Position numbers and translations under genes: made by a program. Positions 34,149-43,463 of a stretch of 64,000 nucleotides of DNA are shown piece by piece; positions within the stretch are counted from its first letter, which is position 1; each line of letters opens with the position of its first letter. The notes beneath the pieces were generated by a model. That model worked only from the letters and a program-made list of their open reading frames with translations, was not told the DNA's origin and did not search any database. The DNA is from Chrysemys picta bellii (taxonomy: Eukaryota): contig NC_088810.1 of assembly GCF_011386835.1 (NCBI RefSeq), positions 124,001 through 188,000 of the forward strand. Direction: 5' to 3'.

Positions 34149-36267
34149 TCACTGGAAGTGCTGCAGGAAGGAGGCCCAGAGGGAGTCCAGCCGCCCCTGC
34201 AGGTCCTGGGCGTAGGGACCCAGCTGGCTGTGCAGCTGCTCCAGCAGCCCCTCGGCATAGGGTGCCAGCCCAGCCTGCAGCTCCTCCACGCTCTTCTGCA
34301 GCTCCGCGATGGATGGCTGCACCTTCTGGTTCAGCTCCCGCAGGTCCCCGGAAACCTTCTGCACCAGCAGGTCCGTGTCCTTGCTCAGCTTGGCCACCAG
34401 CTCCTGGGCCACAGCGGGCAGCTGCTTCTGCACCTCTGTGCCATAGCTGTAGGCAGCCAACAGGCTGTGGCTGACGCGGCTGCTGTGGGGACGGGGGAGC
34501 GGATGAGAAGGGAATGGGGGACAGGGCCTTGCCCCTCTATGGGGCTCTGGCTCCGATCCAGCCCCAGGGTCGGGGGGAATGGCTGGCCCAGGGGAATGGG
34601 GGACATGGGGCCTTGCCCCTCTATGGGGCTCTGGCTCCGATCCAGCCCCAGGGTCGGGAGGACTGGCTGGCCCAGGGGAATGGGGGACAGGGCCTTGCCC
34701 CTCTATGGGGCTCTGGCTCCGATCCAGCCCCAGGGTCGGGGGGAATGGCTGGCCCAGGGGAATGGGGGACATGGGGCCTTGCCCCTCTATGGGGCTCTGG
34801 CTCCGATCCAGCCCCAGGGTCGGGGGGACTGGCTGGCCCAGGGGAATGGGGGACATGGGGCCTTGCCCCTCTATGGGGCTCTAGCTCTGATCTGGCCCTA
34901 GGCGGGGGTCTGGTTGACTCAGAGGGGTGGGGAATGAGACACGGAGGCCTTTCCCTTCTATAGGCTCTGGCTCCGATCCAGCCCCAGGGCAGGGGACTGG
35001 CGACTCAGAGGGGTGGCCGGGTGGGGACACGGGGCCCTGTCATCCTGGACATGGGCTCAGTTCTGACTCAGAGGATCCCGGTGAGGGCCGGGGTTTGCTG
35101 AGCCCGGAAGCCGAGGTGTGGGGGCTGCAGTCAGGGGGGCGACTAACCTCCCCCATCTGCTCTGGGTCCATGGGGAGGATGGGAGGAGCTACCAGCCCGC
35201 AAGGTAGGGCTCCCCCCACAAGTCAGTGCCGGGTTCTCACTTGATCTCCCGGCCCAGCTCAGATTTATGGATCAGCTCCTTGATTTTCTCGGCTTTTGCC
35301 ACGTACTCCCAGAAGGCTTCCCGGACCTGCTCCAACCTCGGTGTGGGCTCATCGCTGAGGAGAGAGGCCTGGCTGCCTGTGGGGTGACAGAAATCCCCAG
35401 CAAGACCCTGTCATTGGAGGCTGCAGACCCACCCTGGGGAGACTCAGAGATGGGACTCTACAGAGCTACCTTGCTCTGCAAGGAGGGGCCAGGGCTCAGG
35501 ATTCCTGGGCCAATTCCAGGCTCTGCAATCGACTCCCCATGTGGCTTTATGAGAGTCACTTTGGGAAATTTTCAGTTTCTTATTGGAAATCAGGAGCCCC
35601 CACCACGCCGGGGGCCGCCCTGACCCCGGCCGAGCCCGGGGCTCCCCACCGCGCTGGGGGCCGCCCTGGCCCCGGGGCTCCCTACTGCGCCAGGGGCCTC
35701 CCTGACCCCGGCTGAGCCCGGGGCTCCCCACCACGCCGGGGGCCGCCCTGACCCCGGCCGAGCCTGGGGCTCCCTACTGCGCCGGGGGCCGCCCTAACCC
35801 CGGCCGATCCCGGGGCTCCCCACCGCGCCGGGGGCCGCCCTGATCCCGGCCGAGCCCAGGGCTCCCCACCGCGCCGGGTGCTGCACACACACAGTGAGAG
35901 ATGGCCGCTGCCCTAATAGAGACAGGCCGGATTATTCTCCGTATTTTACAGATGGGAGCTGAGGCCCAGAGAGATTCAGGGGCATCTCCAGGGCTACCCA
36001 GGGAGTCTGCAGCAGAGCAGGGAACTGAACCAAGAAGTCCTGAGCCCCAGCCCAGTGTATTTACCACAAGTCCCAGCTCCCAATTCTCTCCCTGCGTGCG
36101 TGGGCTCTAGATGTGTCTGTGGGCTCGAGGCCGCTGGGTAACTAAGTGTAGGGTCCCAGGCAGAGGATCCCTTATGGGGCTTCCCTAGTGGGGCAGGGGC
36201 AGGCCTGCACCAAGATGCACTCACCTGCCAGGACGGCCAGCGTCAGGACGAGAGCGAAACGCTTCAT
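34149..36267 (-). CDS. ApoA-IV-like exchangeable apolipoprotein, gene B; 3 coding exons (36267-36225, 35376-35241, 34482-34149), 170 aa
   Basis: 43+136+334=513 nt, GT-AG sites, phases 1 and 2. MKRFALVLTLAVLA/GSQASLLSDEPTPRLEQVREAFWEYVAKAEKIKELIHKSELGREI/NSRVSHS...APYAEGL...GPYAQDLQGRLDSLWASFLQHFQ*. Exon 2 starts at 36287; AATAAA at 33900. Confidence 0.9.
34505..34990. repeat. 82-84 bp minisatellite, ~5-6 units, in gene B intron 3
   Basis: gccttgcccct starts at 34526, 34610, 34692, 34776 and 34860. Confidence 0.9.
35595..35880. repeat. ~45-bp CpG-rich minisatellite, ~6 units, in gene B intron 2, L2-derived
   Basis: ccccaccacgccgggggccgccctgaccccggccgagcccggggct, ending in gccgggtgctgcacacacacagtgagag. 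Confidence 0.85.
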
Positions 36268-36773
36268 GCTGGGAGCTCCCTGAGACCCTGGTGCGATGGA
36301 GGAAAGAAGGTTAGAGCAGAGGGGGAGCAGACTGGGATGGGGGTTCTGACGGCCCAGCCGCCAGCACCTCCTGTCACGCGTTACCCTCGCACCTGGTCAC
36401 AAGCTCTTTCTGCCATCCTAGTCCAGTGCTGGAGGCGACTGCGGGGAATCCCTGGCTGCAGCCCCTGGGCTCGGGCAGGAGGGGAAACAGAGTCAGTCCC
36501 GGGGGGGTGGTGGGCAGTGAATAATTGAACCAAAAGCTCTGCAGCCTTGATTAGAATCATTGGGGGGGGGGGGGTTAATCGATCATAGCTGGGTTTAGAC
36601 ATGGGGTTTGGGGGGTCTTTCAAAAGTGTTGCTTTAAAATCTTTCCAGGGGCCTTCTCCCACCCAACAGTTCCTTGTAAATCTGGGGTCACAAGGACCCA
36701 GAGGGAACCACCCCCCTGCCTGGGGGTGAAAGCAGCTCTCTCTGCTGGGGCTGGCCTTGGTCACCGGGCACCA

Positions 36774-36796
36774 TTTATACCTGTGCAAAGGGCAAA
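36774..36796 (-). promoter_or_regulatory. Gene B TATA box with adjacent HNF4/DR1-like site
   Basis: Minus strand reads tttgCCCTTTGCACagg-TATAAAT, ~490 nt upstream of exon 2. Confidence 0.55.
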
Positions 36797-38842
36797 ATGC
36801 CATGCCCCGGGATGGCAGCATTCTACCCTGATGCAAACAACAGTGTGGGGTGAACTGGGCACTCGGGTGCCAGGATGCCCAGAAAGCGCGGCCCCCGATT
36901 AGGCACCAAAATAAGTGTCTGGCTTTTCAGGAAGGCCCGTAGCATGCGAGGGGCTGAGCAGTTTGGGATCCGCAGCCCCTTGTATTGCCAGCGCTGAAGA
37001 ACAGGGTGGCTCTGCCCGGACAGCCTGAGCCCCAGTTTGAGGGACCCACCCCACCACGAGGTGCCGTTCTCCGCACAAACCAACAGCATTTATATCCTGC
37101 CTGAGTCCAGCAGCGACTCCATGAGACCTGCGCCAAGCAGCCAAGCTACTCAGCCCCTCTCCAAGCTGTGGCTGGCCTTACCTTGCTCTGCCGGCTGCCA
37201 GGTCCCTGTCTCCTGCAGTAGGCCCTCCTGCCGCACTGCACCTGGTACCCAGGGACAGACAATAACCACAGAGAATTCCCTCTTATCTCCTCTCAAGGCC
37301 TGGCCACCCCCTGGCACAGGGCTGCAGGGGCAGCCAGTCAGAGCAGAGTGCTAAGGCGTGGGGCGTACCTCTGCTAGGTTTGTAATCCAGGGCGACATCC
37401 TTGGAGCCCCGTCCTGCCCCCAGACTGAGCCTAGCCTGGCTATGGGAGTAGAGCAGCTGCCCCCAGCCAAGTCATCCTGGGCCAGATTCTCTGCTGGTGT
37501 AAACTGGCCCAGCTTCACTGAAGTCCAGTGTCCATCCGGAGAGAATGGGAATGACAGATCTTAAAGTACCGTCATGCTTAAACCCACTGGTCCCCACTCC
37601 CAGCCCAGAGCCAGGGCGAGAACCCAGGAGTCCTGGCTCCCAGCCCCTCCCCCAGTAACCACTACATTCCATCAGCTGGTCTCAGGGTTGCATGGGGGGG
37701 TGGGAATCTGTCACTGCCCCCACTGTGGGGGGACAGACTCCTAGCCTTTCCCATTGGCTTGTCCCGCCACAGCCAGCTCTCCGCCCCTCCCCTCCCCTCT
37801 CCTTCCTCACTCCACCACCCCCACCCCCCGTCTCCCCCCCCCCCACCTGCCTGGGACCTTATCACAAAGTGTCCTTTGGTTCCCTCCTGGCCCATCCACT
37901 TCACCCTCCAACGTGGCACTGAAACAGCCTGGCCTGGTCATAGTCCACCAGGCCCAGCTCACAGGAGCGGCCGGCGCAGTGCCAAGGCTGCGGCATTATG
38001 GCCACATCGAGGCAGCAAGGAGCAGGGATGGCTGATCCTGGCCCCCACCTTCGTGGCCTGCGTCACTGGCCAGGCACAACATGCGGGCTGAGGCCCCATC
38101 CATTTCACTCGATTGCAGATGTTTTGGGGTCCCCCAAGCTCAGGGCCCTGGTACAAGTGTCTCCTCCTTCCCCCATTAGCCCTGGCCACCCCTCTCCTGC
38201 CGCAGCGCTGGCCCTGCCTTATCACAGACTGTCTGACCCAGCGCTGAGTCTCACTTTGTGACCCCAGTGGGGCCGGGGCACTCAGCACACTCCACCCCCA
38301 GCCTGGAGCAGGGATACAGGGCTTTACCCGCCAGTAACCTCCCCGCGCCGCCCACTCAGCTCACGGGGGAGTCACGGCTGGGCCATGTTCTCCAGGCTCA
38401 GTGGGTCAAAGTGCTGCAGCAGGGAGGAGCAAGGCCGGCTGGCTCTGGGGAGCTGGGCTGAGCCGGCAGTGCAGGGAGAGATACAGGCAGGGGGCGGGCT
38501 GCACAGCTGCCCTGTGCCCCTCTCACTTCCCTTTCCCGGCTCCGCCAAGAGGGGCAAGGCTGGCTGGTTACACAACCGGCGACAGGATGTGGTTACTGGA
38601 GGGTGCATGGGGTGACTGCTCTCCTGTCAGCAGCATGTTTCCGCAGCCCTCCCAGAGGTTCTCCCACCCGCTGCCTCCTTGGCATTCCTGTCTGCGCCGG
38701 ACAATCTGTACCAAGGCAGCGCAGCCCAGCGTGGTACAGGGCCAGGGGTGCTAGTGCCATTGCGGCTTTGCCTGCTGCTGTGAGAGGCTTGGCCCGAGGG
38801 CCAGGACCCTCTGCTGTAATTGGAGCAAACCCCCAGTGCCTT

Positions 38843-39190
38843 TTTTGAACAGGGTTCAAAACAGAACTAGACACATTCATGGAGGATCGGTCCATCAATG
38901 GCTATTAGCCAGGATGGGCAGGGATGGTGTCCTTAGCCTCTGTTTGCCAGGAGCTGGGAATGGGTGACAGGGGATGATCACTGGATGTTACCTGTTCTGT
39001 TCATTCCCTCTGGGGCACCTGGCATTGGCCACTGTCGGAAGACAGGACACTGGGCTAGATGGACCCTTGGTCTGACCCAGTGTGGCCATTCTTAGGACTG
39101 ATAGACCAGAGTGGGGTATGGGCGGGGATGGAAAAGTGGCTTCTCCTAGTTTCACTGTGGAACTCATTGCCAGAGGATGTGGTTGAGGCC
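38843..39190 (+). mobile_element. CR1 LINE 3' UTR fragment
   Basis: ggttcaaaacagaactagacacattcatggagg...gggctagatggacccttggtctgacccagtgtggccattctta. Confidence 0.8.
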
Positions 39191-39242
39191 AAAAGCTTGG
39201 CTCATTCCCCAGATGGACGAGCTTGCCAGGGTTAGGCTAGCG

Positions 39243-39551
39243 CAGGGGTTGGCAACCTGTCAGAAGTGATGTGCCGAGTCTTCATTTATTCACTCTCATT
39301 TAAGGTTTCGCGTGCCAGTCATACATTTTAATGTTTTTAGAAGGTCTCTTTCTAGAAGTCTATAATATAGAACTAAACTATTGTTGTATGCAAAGTAAAT
39401 AAGGTTTTTAAAATGTTTAAGAAGCTTCATTTAAAATTAAATTAAAATGCAGAGCCCCCTGGACCAGGGGCCAGGACCTGGCAGTGTGAGTGCCACTGAA
39501 AATCGGCTCACGTGCCACGTTCAGCACAGTGCCATAGGTTGCCCCCCCCTG
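39243..39551. mobile_element. hAT-Charlie MITE
   Basis: TIR caggggttggcaacct / aggttgcccccccctg; near-perfect CTAG-centred ~8-bp TSD (ggctagcg / ggctagtg), offset by one base. Confidence 0.7.
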
Positions 39552-41986
39552 GCTAGTGCCTTCATTTCAGCAGGAATATAAATCTGCCTATTCCAGGGTC
39601 AAGCCGATTTCCAGTGGGGTAAGGATGACACCTGCACTAGGGGCTGAGTATCCCACATAGCTTTTGTGGGGCTTGCACCCTCCTCTGGCCCTGGCATCTC
39701 TTGTGGACGTGCTGCCAGGCTAGCTGGATCCTGGTTTCGCTTCTCCAGTACTTGGAGTCTTTAAAAGGGCGAGGGGACGCCAGTCTCTGAGCTGGCTGCG
39801 AGAGCAGCTGCAGGGTGGGGATTCTGCAACCTGGGTTAGCCAGTCCTTTCTGGCTGCGACAGCTGGGAATCCCCACATTTTGTTATGCAAAGGGCTGGAT
39901 TTTACGTGTGCAGCACCTGACGTGCTGAGAGAGCCCTTTGAAAAGTCTGGCCAGGCCTCAGGGCCTGAGGGACAGCCCAGTAAAAAGTCATAACCCCCAT
40001 TCAACCTAGTCCTGCCTCATGCGGCTTGTCATCGGTGCAGGGCCCGGCAGGGCTGTGTAGTGCCCGGGGCTGCTCTGTACCCTGAGGCTGACTGCTCCCT
40101 GACAGCGGGGGCCCTTCCAAAGCAGGTGAGCGGTCAGACACTGGCACCTGCACCGCACTGGGAGAGCATGTGGGGGGCTCTTGGGGTGACCACCAATCAG
40201 GCCTGGCATTGGTCAGGGCCAGCTGCTCACACACCTTGCCTCCGCCTCCTCACCCCTCTGCACCCAATTCTGGGGTGAGGACAGGCCACAGCCTCACCTT
40301 GTGACAGGAAGGGGAGTTGGAAGCCAATGGGGGGAGATGCAATCGGCGCACCAGGGCAGGTCTTGGGAATGGTCATACACCAAAGCCCTGCCCCTTGTGT
40401 TGCCACTTACCCCGCTGCCAAGAACTACTGCCAGGACTTGGGAGAGGAGGCCTGGAGACCGGGGGCCTGGAAGTTCAAGGCAGCAGCGCCGGCTTCCTCA
40501 CCATTCTGATGGCAAAATGTCTTTGCACCGCTCCTTGCACAATTCTGGGGGGGAGAAGCAGGTGATTCTCTGCTGCATGCAGCAACCTGCACTACGGTGG
40601 TACCATTCACGGGGCAGGACTGCAGCACCCCCATCATTCGCTTCAACAGCTGGGGGGGGGGGGTTCTAAGCACCTCATGCCAGGAAAAGGGGTTTTGATT
40701 AAATAAATTTTAAAAAATTCCTTGTAATAAAATCCTGCCCTGAGCCCATTGTGCAGGGAGCCCAGGCTGCAGGGGGCCTGGTCTCCATGTGCTTCAATCC
40801 TCCACCACCAGACTCTCCCTTAAACCTGTGCACCCCTCCATTCCTAGCACTACCTGACTGCCCACTCATGCAACCCATCGGGCTCCGTCCCTTCCCCTCG
40901 CCAAGCCTCACCACTCTCAGGGCCAATGTCTGGTCAATGTGGAACTGCCCCAGCCCTAGGAGATGGCGAGAAAGCCCTGTGCCATAGAACAGCCTGGCCT
41001 CGGCTACAGACGTGACTGAGAGAAACCCAGGGCTCAATCCCCAATGGCAGCACCTGACCCTTGCTGGAGGGTGGCTCTCACCTGCCCCAACGGAGCCAAG
41101 GGTCAGCGCTTTTCGCTCACTAGCAACCGGTGAATCACTGGCCCTGCCAATAATGCCTCCCAGCCCCACCCCTGGGGTGCATGGTCCCATCACACCGACC
41201 CCTCTGCTCTCCGCGTTCCTGTGCACCAGCCATATTGCCATGCAGCCCTTGGTACGGCAGCCAGTCCAGACAGGCGCATTGACCCACCAGCGTGAGAACC
41301 CCTGCACAGCCCAGGCAGGGCGCTCCCCCCCCCCCCCCCGGCTGAACCAGAGCAGATTGTTCACCCGCTGCTGCCATCTGGATTCAGAACCCCCCCGGTT
41401 AATTCCTCTCCCCGGAGCCGCCCTGCCAGCGAGCCTGGACAGCCCTCTGCTGCCCAACCCCCTGGCCTCAGCGCAATCGGGGGGGCTCTTCTCCACCCCC
41501 TCACTGCTTCGGCCCCACCCTATGGGCAGCGTGAGCACCAGAACTGGACAGGGTGGCCAGTATCAGTCTCATCAACCGCCTACCCCTACTCACCAGGCCC
41601 CTGTCCCAATGCCTGCATTCACGATGAGCCAGGGTGTGTGCGCTCCCAGATGGGCATCCAGGAGGATCCCTGCCATGGGGCACTGGGGCCAGAAATGCCA
41701 GCTTTCGGGCCTCCAAAAAGGACACTGGAGCTGGTCCCCACCCCCTTGGGCTTCCTCTCCTACTACCGCCCCCGCGATCTCAATCCCCCCTCACACTCCC
41801 TATCTAGGCTCCCCCCCTTCCCCTCCTCGGGCCCATTTCTCAAGGGGTTGGGGGGGGCTCATACGCAGGACTCAGCAACACCCCCCTGCCACCCCCATGG
41901 AAGGGAGAGGTCTCCAGCAGTGCTTCACCCCCCACCCCCCCTTCGTGAGACAGAAGCAGTTGAAGATGGTGCCCAGTGCTGGGGGG

Positions 41987-41992
41987 TTTATT
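41987..41992 (-). terminator. Candidate TOMM40 polyadenylation signal
   Basis: First tttatt I found on + downstream of the stop, ~1.5 kb away. Confidence 0.45.
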
Positions 41993-43463
41993 CAGACAGG
42001 ACATTTCCAACATCATAGGGGGAGGGGGCGGTGTTTTGAGGGTCTCTATAAAAGATCCTTCAGTTCCCATAACTTATAAACATGATTTACATGCAGAGTC
42101 TCTAACGGCGGGGCGGAGGAACCCCCAATCCGCTGCTCCTCCAGGTGCTGCTGGGGGGGGCTGAGAGGGACCCCCAATCCACTGCTCCTCCTGGTACTGC
42201 TGAGATTCCCCAAACCGTTGCTCCTCCTAGTGCTGTTGGGGATCCCCCCCCAATCCGCTGCTCCTCCTGGTGCTGCTGGTGGGGCTGACAGGACCCCTCC
42301 CTCAAAGCGCTGGTCTTCCTCAGTGCTGCTGGGTGGGGATGGGATGCAGGCAGGGCCCCCCAAACTACTGCTGCTCCTGTTGGGGGGGGGCACAGACCCC
42401 CACTCGTGGTGGGTGCAGAGAGCACTCAATAGGTCCCTTGTGTCTCTTTGGATATGTGTAGGCTGAGAGGGGCGAGGTAGGGCTGAGCAGGGGAGCTGGG
42501 GTTGTGGCCCCATCACCCCAGGTGTAGACTCTGCCCCACAGCTCCCTGGGCTGTGAGATAAGAGGCTGCAGAGCCACTGGTACCCCAGCGATCCAAGGGA
42601 GGGGTGTAATTGGCACAGAGAGAGAGAGGGAATCTCCCCACAGCTGCACCAAGATGGGGTGTGGGGGGCTGTTTGGGGAGGGATCCAACCCCTCCTGGCA
42701 GAGAGTTGCGGGGTCAGTGCACCCCCACCAGCTGGGACAATCCATTCCTGAGGGGATCCGCCCAGCCCCGATCCCCAATCAGTGCAACAGGCCAAGCGAC
42801 CCCACCCCCAGGACAGAGCCGGTCCCTCTCCCATTGCTCCGGGGGAAGGACAGTTCCTGAGGTCACAGCGCCCTCTGGTGAGGAAGGATGTCAGCACAGG
42901 GAACCAGGCAGAAGAGGGCATTTTACAGCCGTCACTGGGTTCACCTACCTGGTGCCCCAGGACAGCCCCCAGCCAAGTCCAAGCACGGGAAGAGATGGGA
43001 CACTGGGTCCCCTCCCCGAGGCAGGGAGGGTTGCGCCTGCCCTCCCACCAGGAGCTGCTGGAAGAGCCCAGGCACCACCTGAGGGCCCCAGCAGCCGCTG
43101 CCCCTGCACCAGCCAGCTCCCCATTTTCCAGCAGCCCCTGGGGACAGCGGGTCGAACCTTGTGGGACCTGTCCCGAGGGGCAGACGAGGTGACTGGAACA
43201 GGACAGTGCCAGAACCGCCGCACTAAGGGGCTCGCCCTGGGGATCAGACCCCGGGGCTCTGTCAGGACCTATCCCATGGCCCTCGGGGAGGTGCCTGTGT
43301 GGGGCAGAAAAGGGGCTGGAGCCCCACACTCCAGGGCTTAACTGGGCAGCACCAGCAGGGATGGGTGGGGCAAAGGGTCCCAGAGCGGCTCAAACCGCCC
43401 GGCAGACTGGGCTGGGGACACTGGAATGGGGGAGGAGGGCTGGTGGAAGAGGAGGAGAGGGCT

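Noticed and set aside
25206-36267. Calling genes A and B APOA1, APOA2, APOA4, APOC2 or APOC4
   Set aside because: Lengths (214 and 170 aa) and motifs fit none of the mammalian orthologs; no symbol is assigned without a phylogeny.
37959-38091. Signal-peptide-like WLILAPTFVACVTGQAQ as a third apolipoprotein exon
   Set aside because: No in-frame start, no phase-1 donor and no matching downstream exons.
40301-40669. Peptides AKNYCQDLG and GRSWEWS resembling C-type lectin or kringle motifs
   Set aside because: The motifs are in different frames and in the wrong order for a lectin domain, and I found no flanking splice structure; likely chance.
42046-43329. 427-aa minus-strand ORF
   Set aside because: It lies in the putative TOMM40 3' UTR, is low-complexity GC-rich sequence and has no homology I can recognise.
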